A stretch of DNA of 64,000 nucleotides from Bdellovibrio sp. (GCA_036676395.1 JAKFCY010000002.1:1696001-1760000), one strand, 5' to 3'. Counted from the first letter of the stretch, positions 18,618 to 29,221 are shown. Notes: generated by a model from the sequence alone, not told the origin. A program made the numbers and translations.

Positions 18618-19655
18618 TTAATCAATCACGAGCACAATTTTACCAACGGTCGCGCCTGATTCAAGGGCTTTGTGGGCTAAGCCCACTTCACTAAATTTAA
18701 ACGTTGTGGTTTTTAGCGGTTTAATTTTTTTCTCGAGAGCTAAGCGCATAAGATCAGTCATGGCTTCGATAGCTAAATCTTGGCGCGCAAATAAGAACGA
18801 TAAATTAAAGCCAATTACCGCTTTATTATCAGTGATCAATTGCAGCGGACTAAATCGCGGCGATTTGATTAATCCAACTAAGGCTTTGAAATAATTAACT
18901 CGGCCAGATCCGCCTTTGGGCATCAATGAATGAGCACCGTAAGTTATAATTTTTCCGACCGCACGCAAATGGTTGTAGCCATCTTTTAGTGTCGTATACC
19001 CGTTCGCATCAAAAATAACATCATAACCATCAGGACAAACTTTTTTAGCCTCAATCCACAAATCTTGGTTAGATTTATCAATCACAAAATCAGCTCCAAG
19101 ATTTTTCACATCCTGGACTTTATGCGAAGACCCCACAACGCCTGTTACTTTAAAATTAAAAGCTTTTGCGAGTTGCACGAGCGCTGAACCTACACCGCCG
19201 GCTGCCGAATGCACTAACACATGCGAAGCGGGATATATTTTTACTAGTTGAAAAAGGGCATGATAGGCGGTGAAAAAAACTGTGGGAAAACCAGCCGCCT
19301 CGATTAAAGAAAATCCGGCTGGTATGTGGAATAATTGATTTTCTTTCACTTTAACTTCTGAAGCGTAAGCGTTGAATAAAGTGATACCGACGACTTCATC
19401 ACCGACTTTAAAACGAGATACGTTTTTACCGATTGATTTAACAATGCCAGAAAATTCAAATCCAGGTGTAATTGGCCAACCAACATATTTTTTTGCCGAT
19501 TCATAAACACCAAAACGAACTAAACAATCCGCATAATTCACACCAACAGCTTTCACATCTACGATAATTGAATTATCGCTTGCTGATAAATCCGGAAAAT
19601 TTTGAATCGTTAATTTGTCGTAACCACCAGGGCTTGAAATAACTACTTTTTTCAA
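18618..19655 (-). CDS. MDR-family NADPH:quinone oxidoreductase (VAT-1-like)
   Basis: GVNYAD, TPGFEFSG, VLVHSAAGGVG, GKIVL; TTG start. Confidence 0.88.
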   Translation of the reverse strand: MKKVVISSPGGYDKLTIQNFPDLSASDNSIIVDVKAVGVNYADCLVRFGVYESAKKYVGWPITPGFEFSGIVKSIGKNVSRFKVGDEVVGITLFNAYASEVKVKENQLFHIPAGFSLIEAAGFPTVFFTAYHALFQLVKIYPASHVLVHSAAGGVGSALVQLAKAFNFKVTGVVGSSHKVQDVKNLGADFVIDKSNQDLWIEAKKVCPDGYDVIFDANGYTTLKDGYNHLRAVGKIITYGAHSLMPKGGSGRVNYFKALVGLIKSPRFSPLQLITDNKAVIGFNLSFLFARQDLAIEAMTDLMRLALEKKIKPLKTTTFKFSEVGLAHKALESGATVGKIVLVID

Positions 19656-19657
19656 TT

Positions 19658-20176
19658 TTAAAACGCAATCCAGATAACAAAATAAGGATCAATGCGATCA
19701 TCAACGTAAGCAGGATCTAAATCTATGCCGTTCACTTTAGTGTATTTAAAAGTTTTTTTACTTAACTGCGGTGCGATTGAGATTTTATCTAAGGCGAAAC
19801 GAAAACCTACGTCTAATTGGGTGCCTGTTCCTTCGAAGCCACCAGTCATTGTCGGATTAATAAAGTATGTTCCTAAAAAGTAAAACCCTTGGGTTTTACT
19901 TTTCATGTAACCTATCGTTGGACCAATGCCTGTTCGACTTAAAGTTTGGGTAGACTGATCATATTTTTCTGAACCGTACATGCCACCTAAAGAAAATCCA
20001 TTATTAAATAAGTGCCCTGCTCCAAAATCAATTAAAGTTCGAGACGTTTCAACTGCTGAACCTTCAGAACCAATTTTATCACTCATGTACATGAAGGCGA
20101 TGCGGGTATAGCCGCCAGCTAAAGCATTAACCGGAATTAAGAATAAAACGACTAGTATTAAATTTTTAAAAGACAT
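19658..20176 (-). CDS. Small outer-membrane beta-barrel-like protein
   Basis: Signal peptide, alternating aromatic/Gly strands, C-terminal Phe. Confidence 0.65.
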   Translation of the reverse strand: MSFKNLILVVLFLIPVNALAGGYTRIAFMYMSDKIGSEGSAVETSRTLIDFGAGHLFNNGFSLGGMYGSEKYDQSTQTLSRTGIGPTIGYMKSKTQGFYFLGTYFINPTMTGGFEGTGTQLDVGFRFALDKISIAPQLSKKTFKYTKVNGIDLDPAYVDDRIDPYFVIWIAF

Positions 20177-20195
20177 TTAAAAATTGTATGCAGTT

Positions 20196-20930
20196 TTATT
20201 TAATAAACAAGCTGTAAATGGCCATTAATATCATCAATACGTTTTCAGCCACTGTGACCCACGATAATGGCAGGTTAAAGCCAGCCCCTAAACAGGCACA
20301 TTGAATCTGATTTTTAGCGGTAATAGTCTTGATCACTCCAAGAGTCGTAGCACTTAAGACCAAAATAGTTAAAAAATTAGCCCAAGCTATACCAAGTCCA
20401 GATATAAACATCAGCCCTAAAGCTAATTCAATAAAGGGATATAATTTTCCATATCCCCGCAACGTTTTTGCGATGGGGTCATACTGAGAAAAAGCTGTGC
20501 TGAAAGCTTGCAGATTTAAAAATTTAAAAAAGGATAAACCAATAAAAAAACCAGCCATCAAATGGCGCATAAAAAGAGTGCCGGAAAACCGAGGCTGACT
20601 GACTTGATACGCCAAACTGACAAGTAAGATAAAGATAAAAACCACAATCAGGGGCTGATAAGTTTTTACAAACGAGTCTTTAATCTGAACTTCTGAAGAA
20701 CCATCACTTTGATTTTCATCATAGTAATCGGCAGAATACTTCGGCAGATCTTCTAAGGCCATGCGAAGCTGTAATAATGAAACAGGCTCGACAGAATCGA
20801 TATCAATTTTTTTAGTGTTAAGATCAACTTTGACCGAAGCGACACCAGGAAGCTGAGCCACTTTTTGCGTGATTTTTTCTACGCAAGAATTACAAGTCAT
20901 GCCGTTGATTTTATAGGTTTGCATCATCAT
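20196..20930 (-). CDS. HMA domain + MauE/DoxX-like membrane protein
   Basis: GMTCNSC; YPFIELALG, CACLG, TVAEN. Confidence 0.85.
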   Translation of the reverse strand: MMMQTYKINGMTCNSCVEKITQKVAQLPGVASVKVDLNTKKIDIDSVEPVSLLQLRMALEDLPKYSADYYDENQSDGSSEVQIKDSFVKTYQPLIVVFIFILLVSLAYQVSQPRFSGTLFMRHLMAGFFIGLSFFKFLNLQAFSTAFSQYDPIAKTLRGYGKLYPFIELALGLMFISGLGIAWANFLTILVLSATTLGVIKTITAKNQIQCACLGAGFNLPLSWVTVAENVLMILMAIYSLFIK

Positions 20931-21045
20931 ACCTTAATACTAGGATACCTAAAGCAAATCTGTGACTAAATAATTTAATTTAAACAGGACATCGTTTTTT
21001 TCATTTGATTGACAACTTATTAGGCGATCTTATACAAGGGGTCCT

Positions 21046-21930
21046 ATGTCAGCGCTTGCACCCTATTTGCATCAATGGATCGATCGTTTTCTTGTGCCCA
21101 TTGATGATCCGACTTCAAGACTATTTCACTTGAATCTATTATTCTGCGTGGGCTTTGTTTTTTTATGGGCTTTGCTGATCAAAAAAAGAGCCCTAAAAAA
21201 AGTGCTTCGCTGGAATTACGTTCGTTTACTATTTTTCTCTAAAAACTACTGGTGGAACAAATCCAGCAAAACTGATTATAAGATCTACACCTTAAATTCG
21301 TTATTAAAAATTTTTATTTTTATTCCTTTTTTAGATGGCACCTTCCATATCTCGATGTTTCTGATACGCAGGTTACAAGATATTTTTTCGGATTATTCAG
21401 CCTTAGCCGTCACCACGCAGAGTCTGTTTTTTTTCACACTGGCATTTTTTATTTTCGACGACTTTATTCGTTTTATTCATCACTATTTTATGCATCGTAT
21501 TCCCTGGTTATGGAAATTTCACGCCATTCACCATTCAGCAACAACACTGACACCCATTACTCTTTACCGCACGCACCCCGTTGAGTCTGCCATCGCCACG
21601 GTTCGTAACAGCTTGAGCTTAGGCTTGGCCACGGGTGTTTTTGTATTTTTATTTCAATCACAGTTAACCATGACGACACTTTTGGGTGTTAATTTTTTTG
21701 GTTTTGCTTTTAACCTGCTTGGAAGCAATTTGCGCCATAGCCATATTGATTTTTCTTTTGGCCCGCTTGAAAGAATTTTTGTTAGCCCCAAACAACATCA
21801 AATACATCACTCAGATAACCCTATCCACTTTGACAGTAACTTTGGTGTTTCACTGTCTATTTGGGATCAGTGGTTTAAAACATACATCTCGTCTAATAAG
21901 GTGAAAAAAATACGCTTTGGCCTAGGCTAA
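21046..21930 (+). CDS. Sterol desaturase / fatty-acid hydroxylase family membrane di-metal enzyme
   Basis: His boxes HYFMH, HAIHH, LRHSH, HQIHH; NFG...WD. Confidence 0.88.
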   Translation: MSALAPYLHQWIDRFLVPIDDPTSRLFHLNLLFCVGFVFLWALLIKKRALKKVLRWNYVRLLFFSKNYWWNKSSKTDYKIYTLNSLLKIFIFIPFLDGTFHISMFLIRRLQDIFSDYSALAVTTQSLFFFTLAFFIFDDFIRFIHHYFMHRIPWLWKFHAIHHSATTLTPITLYRTHPVESAIATVRNSLSLGLATGVFVFLFQSQLTMTTLLGVNFFGFAFNLLGSNLRHSHIDFSFGPLERIFVSPKQHQIHHSDNPIHFDSNFGVSLSIWDQWFKTYISSNKVKKIRFGLG

Positions 21931-22062
21931 GTTTCATTTCATTTTCATCTAGCTATCAGAATGCTTTCAAACACCTGATAAATGCAGTTAATGGTGTCGC
22001 TTTTTACATTCTCCCTCTAATAGAAGAGCGTCCATTCAAACAACGACTAAACAGGAGACTCT

Positions 22063-23043
22063 ATGAAAAAGGCTTTCTTAATCGCCGCATTACTTTGCAC
22101 GCAATCAGCTTTCGCTGATTTAACAATCTACACTGACCGTGTAACAGCTAACTTACAACCGATTGCCAACGCATTCACAGCTCGCACTGGCGAGAAAGTG
22201 ACTATCGTTGAATTAGCCTACCCAGCATTAAAAGCCCGCATCGAAAGCGAAAAAGAAACTTCTCCTGCTGATTTGATCTTCGTAAAAGATTTAATCTACT
22301 TAAACGAACTTTCTAATTTAGGTCATTTCAAACCTTTCGCAGCAGATCTTGCAGCTTCGGTTCCAGAACAAATGCGCAGCAGCTCTAATCTTTGGACGGC
22401 AATTTCTTTTCGCGTAAGATCGCTTGTTTACAACGCGACTTCTGTAAACCCGAACGAAATCCAATCGTACGAAGATTTAGCGACGGCTAAATGGGCTGGC
22501 CGAGTTTGTGTAAGATCTGGAAGCCATGCTTACAACCAAGCTTTAGTTTCTTCATTTGTTCACAATATGGGTGCAGAAAAAACTACTTCGTTTTTAACTT
22601 CATTATTAGAAAATTTATCGGTTGATCCGATGTCTAGCGACCGTGCGGTTATTGATGCGATCGCATCAGGTGTATGTGATGTTGGTTTTGTGAATCACTA
22701 CTATTTAGCTCCATATGTTGCTGCAAACCCAGCCTTCGTTGTTAAAATGGCTTTCTTAAACCAGGGTTCAACGGGCGTACACACAAACGGAGCCGGAATC
22801 GGTATCTACAAAGCTTCAAAAAACCAGGCTTCAGCTGAACAATTTATTTCGTTGTTATTAGAAGACCAAACACAATTAGACTGGTCTGCCAATCATTACG
22901 ACTACCCAGCTAAAGCTAACTTAATCCCGTCTACTTTAATCAAAGACTGGGGTATGTTTAAAACTGAACAAGCTTCTTGGGAGACTTTAGGAAAAAGCTT
23001 ACCCGCTGCTTTAAAAATTATTTCTGATGTTCAGTACAAATAA
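22063..23043 (+). CDS. Fe(III) ABC substrate-binding protein (FutA/FbpA-like)
   Basis: Signal peptide; LTIYTDR, SPADL, YNQAL, VNHYY di-Tyr motif. Confidence 0.85.
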   Translation: MKKAFLIAALLCTQSAFADLTIYTDRVTANLQPIANAFTARTGEKVTIVELAYPALKARIESEKETSPADLIFVKDLIYLNELSNLGHFKPFAADLAASVPEQMRSSSNLWTAISFRVRSLVYNATSVNPNEIQSYEDLATAKWAGRVCVRSGSHAYNQALVSSFVHNMGAEKTTSFLTSLLENLSVDPMSSDRAVIDAIASGVCDVGFVNHYYLAPYVAANPAFVVKMAFLNQGSTGVHTNGAGIGIYKASKNQASAEQFISLLLEDQTQLDWSANHYDYPAKANLIPSTLIKDWGMFKTEQASWETLGKSLPAALKIISDVQYK

Positions 23044-23626
23044 GTTTAATTTATACATTCTGACTTCCCTGACGGCGCACATAATCTGTGCGTCGTTTTT
23101 GCTTTTGCAAAAAGGCGGTTTTCAGCAAGTAAATAATGATATTACTGAAATGGTGAATATTGTTATTCATCAATCAAGCAAACCATTTACGAATCCACAC
23201 CGTCCCGAAAAAGTAAAACCACAACCTGCGATTGCAAACACAGATAAAAACTCAATCGCCACCGAAGAAAAGACTGTGGCAACAAGCATGGCATCTGCGC
23301 CATCCAGCGACGGCGGCCAAATCGGCCGTTTAGCTAAAACTACTGAAGAAATTTACATCGCAGAGCTAAAATACGATCTTGAAAAAAGAAAAAAATATCC
23401 CGTTATGGCTAGAAAAATGGGTCACACTGGCCGCGTGACTATTAAATTTATTATCGATCGCCAGGGCAAAATTATTCAAAGCGAAATTTTAGAACCCTCG
23501 CAACATGTTAGCCTAAATGATTCTGTTAAAAAATTACTCAGTGAAACTAAAAACTTTAAACCCTTACCTGAAGAAATTCAGCGCGCGACCTGGCAATTTA
23601 TTTTGCCCGTTGAATTTAAACTATAG
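23027..23626 (+). CDS. tonB: TonB family energy transducer
   Basis: N-terminal TM with SLTAH, C-terminal YPVMAR..GHTGRVTIKFII...LPVEFKL. Confidence 0.85.
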   Translation: MFSTNKFNLYILTSLTAHIICASFLLLQKGGFQQVNNDITEMVNIVIHQSSKPFTNPHRPEKVKPQPAIANTDKNSIATEEKTVATSMASAPSSDGGQIGRLAKTTEEIYIAELKYDLEKRKKYPVMARKMGHTGRVTIKFIIDRQGKIIQSEILEPSQHVSLNDSVKKLLSETKNFKPLPEEIQRATWQFILPVEFKL

Positions 23627-23647
23627 CGATTTACAAAAGGAGATTTT

Positions 23648-24949
23648 ATGCCTGTTAAAAAATCAATGATTATTCTGTTAGCGCTAGCACTTACTCTTAC
23701 CGCTTGCAGTGATTTTTTTAATAAAAAAACTCAAGCTATAGCAAAAGCACAAGATCAAACCGGGCAAAATGAAAAACCTGACATTAATCCTTTTCCTGGT
23801 GCTTTTGAAGAGCCTACTGTCGGTCTGTTTTCAGAAGAAAAATTACTTCTTAATACGGGCCTGAATGTCATTGCTCCAATCACCGAAAACTTTGCCCAAG
23901 AAATGCAGATTTTTTCTCTTCGTTTGCAACAGGCTTGCCGCACGACCGGAACACTTACCCCGGCGCTTGTTCAGCAATGGGAACAGGTCGTCATCAGTTT
24001 TCACAAAGTGGATGCTTTATCACTAGGGCCAATCCTTGAAATCAATCCAGACACAAAACTAGATATTAAATCAAGACTCTACAGCTGGCCGGTGACAAAC
24101 TTATGCCGCACCGACAAGGCCGTTTACGATATTTCAATGACTGGTCAAATTTCTGAAGCTCTACCTTACAATTCGCAAGGCCTAGATGCTCTTGAATATT
24201 TGCTGTTTGCTAGCACTGATTCAGTAAAATGTAATTTAAAAGCCAACCCGCAGCTTAAAGACTGGCTGGCTTTACCACAAGCTACAAAAATTAAAAATCG
24301 CTGTGACATGGCCGCACTTTTAGCTTCAGACTTATCAGAATTATCTTTAACTTTAAAAAATAGATGGGATCGCCAAAAAGGCAATTACTCTAAAACTTTG
24401 GTGGATGGCTCTAAATACGCAAACCATAAAGTAGCTATCAACGAAATTACAAATGCCTTATATGCTTTAGAAACTGTGAAAGATATCCGTCTAGGCGTGC
24501 CTACTGGCAAAAATAAAAAAGAATGTACAACTGGTAAATGCCCTGAACGCACTGAACATGTTTATTCGAATCAGGCTTTTACGGCTATTCAAGCCCGCCT
24601 TGAAATATTTAAATTAGGATTTTTTGGTGGCGCTCCTGAATCCCTAAATTCATTTGGTATTGATGATTACTTAAAATTAGCTGGCCATGCTGAAATTGCA
24701 GAAAAAATTAATCGTTACATCATTCGGGCTGAAGTTAATTTAGCGGCGCTTAAAGCACAGGGTGACTTACAAACACTTGCGGCCAATATTGACCCCGCAC
24801 AATGCAGTGCTTCGACCGCAGATAACCGCGGTGAAGAGCTTTGCAGCCTATACGAAGATATTCGCGCGATCACAACGACTATGAAAACCGAAGTACTTGT
24901 TGCGCTATCGCTAAATGCTCCACCGATTTACCAAGGTGATAACGACTAA
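23648..24949 (+). CDS. Imelysin family lipoprotein
   Basis: Lipobox LTAC; YSWP, QGLDALEYLLF, C-terminal GDND. Confidence 0.85.
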   Translation: MPVKKSMIILLALALTLTACSDFFNKKTQAIAKAQDQTGQNEKPDINPFPGAFEEPTVGLFSEEKLLLNTGLNVIAPITENFAQEMQIFSLRLQQACRTTGTLTPALVQQWEQVVISFHKVDALSLGPILEINPDTKLDIKSRLYSWPVTNLCRTDKAVYDISMTGQISEALPYNSQGLDALEYLLFASTDSVKCNLKANPQLKDWLALPQATKIKNRCDMAALLASDLSELSLTLKNRWDRQKGNYSKTLVDGSKYANHKVAINEITNALYALETVKDIRLGVPTGKNKKECTTGKCPERTEHVYSNQAFTAIQARLEIFKLGFFGGAPESLNSFGIDDYLKLAGHAEIAEKINRYIIRAEVNLAALKAQGDLQTLAANIDPAQCSASTADNRGEELCSLYEDIRAITTTMKTEVLVALSLNAPPIYQGDND

Positions 24950-27123
24950 TGAAAAAGATTTTCTTTTGTCTGTTATTCGGATTTTACAGTAGCCTTGGGT
25001 TTTCGCAAGAAGCGACCAAGCTTTCAACTTTAGAAATTAGCGATGTGATGGTTGATGATATCGATAATGGTTTTTCTTCGAAGAAAATTTCTAAAAGCCG
25101 TTTAAAAAACATCTCAACAACCGATGTCGCACGCGCCTTAAAAGAGTCTCCGGGGGTCTACGTTCGTGAAGAAGACGGTTTAGGTCTTAGACCAAATATC
25201 GGTCTGCGCGGAACAAATCCCGATCGAAGTAAAAAAGTTGTTATTCTGGAAGACAATGTCTTAATTGGCCCAGCCCCCTATTCAGCACCTGCAGCTTATT
25301 ACACACCTTCAATGCTAACCACAGAGTCTTTAGAAGTTTTCAAAGGTTTTACCGCACTTCCGTACGGGCCAAATTCAATTGGTGGTGCTGTTAATTATAA
25401 AACACCAGACTACATCGACATCAATAAAACAACCGCCGATGTCACATTCGGAAGTTATTCAACGCGTGTATTAAAACTTGGCTTAAATCACAAAGTTTCT
25501 GATTACGGCGTGGTTCTTATCTATGGCCGCTCGCAATCTGATGGTTTTAAAGAATTAGATTCAGGCAAAGCAACTGGTTTTAACCAGAATCATGTTCTTT
25601 TAAAAGTTCAGCGCCCTTTTGACATTTCAGGACACACTCATCTTTTTGAAATGCGCTTAGGTTATGGCAATGAAGATTCGCATGAAACTTATTTAGGCCT
25701 GACTGAAACAGATTTTTTAAACAAACCCTACCGTCGCTACAATGCTTCTGAATTAGACCAGATGAAGTGGAATCATAAAAAAATCCAACTTGAACATCTT
25801 ACTGAAATCGGAACAGCTGCAAATATTAAGACTACATTTTACCATCATGAGTTTGCGCGAACTTGGTATCGTTTAGATGGTTTTCGCGACGCTACTAAAA
25901 TTATTCGTAATATTTTAAAAGACCCATCAGGCACAAACCAACCCTTTTATGATGTGCTATCTGCGCGCGAAGATTCAAGCAATGTTGGCGCCAATGCTGA
26001 CTTGTTGATGGCTAATAATGACCGTGAATACTTAAGCCAAGGTTTACAAAGTCAGATCGAAATTAATAATATTTGGTCTGCAGAAATTGAATCTATAACC
26101 CATATTAAGTTTTTGCTTCACCGTGATCAAATTAATCGTCAGCACGATGCAGACTATTATTCAATGACTGGTGGTTCGATGGTTCGCACAGCCGATCAAC
26201 GCATAGCTACAGCCCGCAATAAAGAAAGTGCGCAAGCGATTGCAGTCAGTGCGCAAGATAAAACTCGTCTTGGCCAATTTACTTTACTGCCGCAGTTTCG
26301 TTATGAATCAGTCACTTTTGATTTTGACGATAGTTTAAATAGCCGCAGTAAAAAAAGAACCGATTCGATTTTTATACCAGGTTTTGGTTTAGCTTATGCG
26401 ATCAACGAATCACTGATCACGCGTGTGTCAGCCAATAAAGCCGCTACACTATCAGGCCTTGATTCATTAGGTAAAGAATCTCGCGAAGAAAGTTTAAACA
26501 AAGAAATCTCGGTAGCTTGGCAATCAAAACTACGCCAAGAGCAATTTGAAATTTTATACTTTCATAATGACTATGACAATATTACCGGAACCTGTACGGC
26601 ATCGACTGGGTGTTCAAGCCTGCAACTTGACCAGCAGTATGATGGTGGCCAAGCCCTTATCTCTGGAGTCGAAGCGCGAGCTTCTAAAGGGCTGCAATGG
26701 AACAAGTTTTGGATTCCGTTACAGCTTAACTACACTGTTATTGATAGCCATTTTGCTGATAGTTTTAATTCAACAAATACTGAATGGGGTGTGGGCCAGG
26801 TGAACTCTGGCGACCCTCTGCCTTATGTTCCGCAAACACAAATGACAGCTATTGTTGGCCTTGAAGCTGGGCGCTTAAAACAAAGTTTGATCATCAATCA
26901 TTTCGGAAAAATGTATGATCAAGCCGCAGAAGCAGGTCGTTTAGAAATACCAAGTTATGGGTTAGTCGACTACACCGCTCAATACGCCGCAAGCCAAAAA
27001 CTTAGTTTACGTTTAAAGTTAGATAATATCTTTAATAAACAATATACAGCGGCCATAAAACCTTTTGGCTACCGCCCTGGCAAGCCGTTCACGGCAGCAT
27101 TAGGCTTAACTTACGATTTCTGA
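24949..27123 (+). CDS. TonB-dependent receptor (FecA-like)
   Basis: PGVYVREEDGLGLRPNIGLRG plug, GGAVNY, NIFNKQY, C-terminal YDF; TAATG coupling to imelysin. Confidence 0.93.
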   Translation: MKKIFFCLLFGFYSSLGFSQEATKLSTLEISDVMVDDIDNGFSSKKISKSRLKNISTTDVARALKESPGVYVREEDGLGLRPNIGLRGTNPDRSKKVVILEDNVLIGPAPYSAPAAYYTPSMLTTESLEVFKGFTALPYGPNSIGGAVNYKTPDYIDINKTTADVTFGSYSTRVLKLGLNHKVSDYGVVLIYGRSQSDGFKELDSGKATGFNQNHVLLKVQRPFDISGHTHLFEMRLGYGNEDSHETYLGLTETDFLNKPYRRYNASELDQMKWNHKKIQLEHLTEIGTAANIKTTFYHHEFARTWYRLDGFRDATKIIRNILKDPSGTNQPFYDVLSAREDSSNVGANADLLMANNDREYLSQGLQSQIEINNIWSAEIESITHIKFLLHRDQINRQHDADYYSMTGGSMVRTADQRIATARNKESAQAIAVSAQDKTRLGQFTLLPQFRYESVTFDFDDSLNSRSKKRTDSIFIPGFGLAYAINESLITRVSANKAATLSGLDSLGKESREESLNKEISVAWQSKLRQEQFEILYFHNDYDNITGTCTASTGCSSLQLDQQYDGGQALISGVEARASKGLQWNKFWIPLQLNYTVIDSHFADSFNSTNTEWGVGQVNSGDPLPYVPQTQMTAIVGLEAGRLKQSLIINHFGKMYDQAAEAGRLEIPSYGLVDYTAQYAASQKLSLRLKLDNIFNKQYTAAIKPFGYRPGKPFTAALGLTYDF

Positions 27124-27131
27124 ATGAAGGC

Positions 27132-27527
27132 TTAAACTGTCAATGATTTGTCATCAGACATTACTTTTTTAATAATACGATATGCAGCCGCCCCTGAGAT
27201 AGGAGGGCAAATTGCATATTTAAAATTAAATTGGCCTAATTTTATCGCAGAAGAAACTAAACTTTTTTCTACATAACCTACTATCGAAACTTTGCTTTGC
27301 ATTTTGAGAAGTTGCATACTGAACATGTCTTCAGAAGCAGATTCTGAGCTTACAAAGATGCAAATAGGCATCTCTTCATACACTCGCGCCACAACTTCAC
27401 CCACACTCTGATAAACAAACACTTCCAGATCGTGCTTTTGCAAAGAAAGTATCACAGTTTCGAGACTCTTTGGATTCGAAGCTATAATAAATACTTTTTC
27501 CTTTTTCGTTTTAATATTCTTTCGCAA
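27132..27527 (-). CDS. Degenerate receiver-like protein
   Basis: Receiver-like alpha/beta pattern without the phospho-Asp or Lys; AGGAG SD, TTG start. Confidence 0.5.
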   Translation of the reverse strand: MRKNIKTKKEKVFIIASNPKSLETVILSLQKHDLEVFVYQSVGEVVARVYEEMPICIFVSSESASEDMFSMQLLKMQSKVSIVGYVEKSLVSSAIKLGQFNFKYAICPPISGAAAYRIIKKVMSDDKSLTV

Positions 27528-27528
27528 A

Positions 27529-27669
27529 CTAACTCCTTGTCTTTGAATTAACTACCAAACGCTTTTCCGTAATCGTCGGCACATCAGATAAAATTGCATC
27601 TTCTAAAATGTCTAACATCCCTTCGACATCAATAAGCTCTGTCGCTCTGGGTTGGCGCCTGTTTGCCAT
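27529..27669 (-). CDS. 46-aa small ORF
   Basis: MANRRQPRATELIDVEGMLDILEDAILSDVPTITEKRLVVNSKTRS*; ends 1 nt before the next TTG start; TATATT 6 nt upstream. Confidence 0.4.
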   Translation of the reverse strand: MANRRQPRATELIDVEGMLDILEDAILSDVPTITEKRLVVNSKTRS

Positions 27670-27934
27670 TGCGCAAATATAGTCTGAAACTCAGCAATAA
27701 TTTAATGTTTAGATCTTTTAGAATTAACCATAATATTTTTCTCACCTACGTACTGCGTTATTATCAACACAGTACTTATCGAGAAGATCCTCAGAATCTT
27801 TAGATATTTAAGAATGTTTGAGCAAATCTACACAACCCTACATGAAAAATCTCATTCCGGATCGAAACTCAAAGACTCGTTTTGCGAATTAAAGACAATT
27901 TATGGCCAAGGTTATGGCCTTATGATAAAGTACA

Positions 27935-29221
27935 CTACTCACATTTAAATTCGATTTTTTTACAGCGATACATCGGCTGATAGGTGGGAATCGAGTCAGA
28001 AACTTTTTTAGTGTTATCTTCGAAGGTCACTTGCACCTTTACATACTTACTATCTTCAAGTTCTGCTTGCCCGGCCTTAGTGTTATAGTAAGGCTTTAAT
28101 ACTTCTTTGCCATTTTTCATTTCATAGACACAGGCGCCAGTTGTGCCATCACCGTTTGCGCCGGCTGCATTAATGTCAACTTTTGCAGTGCTAATATCAA
28201 AGTCTGCTTGCCCAGCTTGCGAAAATAGCGCCGGTAGGATTTTGGTTTTTGCTGTTTCGGCTCTGGCTTGTGATAAACCCAGAAATCCCTTTTTACAAAA
28301 ACGACTTGCCGCTTCGCCGGTATTATTTAAAGAAGAAGCTGATGAGTTAATACTGACATGATGAAGCTTTGCACCTTTGGCTAAGCGGTCTTTTATACAC
28401 TCAGAAACTTCTTTAGCTTCTGGAGTTGCTAATAACTTACCTAATTCAGCAGTGCTGACATCAAATTTATTGTTGGCGAAATTTTTCTTAAAATTACCTG
28501 CACAAGGCTGGATACGATTTGCAACAATAGTGCGAGCCTCTAATTCAGGTTTTGTGCTGCAAATGTAAAATGCGTTTGGAGATTCGTCGGCTATTTTTTG
28601 TAAACGCTCTTTCAAGGCCTGAACATTTTTAGGATCAGCCATGTCTTTTCTCATATTGCGTAATTTGAATTCACGCTGCTCACGCCCCATTTTATCGGCG
28701 CGAAATTCTTCAATCGTTGGATGTGATTCAATATAATTTGAACTCGCTTTAAAAGTCGGTGTACAATCCATTTTTTCTGCGAAAGATGCGTATTTTTCAA
28801 TGAAGCCTTTTTTATATTCGTCTGGAGTTTTTGCTAATTCAGCAAAAACTGGATCCGCAAACCAATCAAGAATAGGAACAGGAGCGGTTCTTCTTTCGCG
28901 GTCATAATTATTTCTTGGCGCGTAAAACTTCTCGGCCCAAGGATTCGATTTTAGGTATTGGTCGAAGGCTGTTTTTAAACCATGCATGCGGGCTGGGTCT
29001 GTTGTAAAATTTAATAGGCCTTCGATTTTCTTTTTCATGGCCTCTTTATCAACCGGAGGCGCTTCTTTACACTGCCCGTTTTTATTGATTTCTTCGCAGT
29101 TCACATCTTGAATGTTTTGCACATTATCGCTTAAATCATTAAGCGGGCTGCAATTTAGCACGGCTTCGGCCAAAACCATTTGTGAACTGAAAATCAGACT
29201 GAATAAAATTATTTTTTTCAT
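27935..29221 (-). CDS. Exported Cys-rich hypothetical protein
   Basis: Signal peptide, multiple Cys, LSQARA motif reminiscent of OmpA-C. Confidence 0.72.
   Translation of the reverse strand: MKKIILFSLIFSSQMVLAEAVLNCSPLNDLSDNVQNIQDVNCEEINKNGQCKEAPPVDKEAMKKKIEGLLNFTTDPARMHGLKTAFDQYLKSNPWAEKFYAPRNNYDRERRTAPVPILDWFADPVFAELAKTPDEYKKGFIEKYASFAEKMDCTPTFKASSNYIESHPTIEEFRADKMGREQREFKLRNMRKDMADPKNVQALKERLQKIADESPNAFYICSTKPELEARTIVANRIQPCAGNFKKNFANNKFDVSTAELGKLLATPEAKEVSECIKDRLAKGAKLHHVSINSSASSLNNTGEAASRFCKKGFLGLSQARAETAKTKILPALFSQAGQADFDISTAKVDINAAGANGDGTTGACVYEMKNGKEVLKPYYNTKAGQAELEDSKYVKVQVTFEDNTKKVSDSIPTYQPMYRCKKIEFKCE

Noticed and set aside
20931..22062. Fur box ahead of the iron locus
   Set aside because: No convincing GATAATGATAATCATTATC-like match in either intergenic region.
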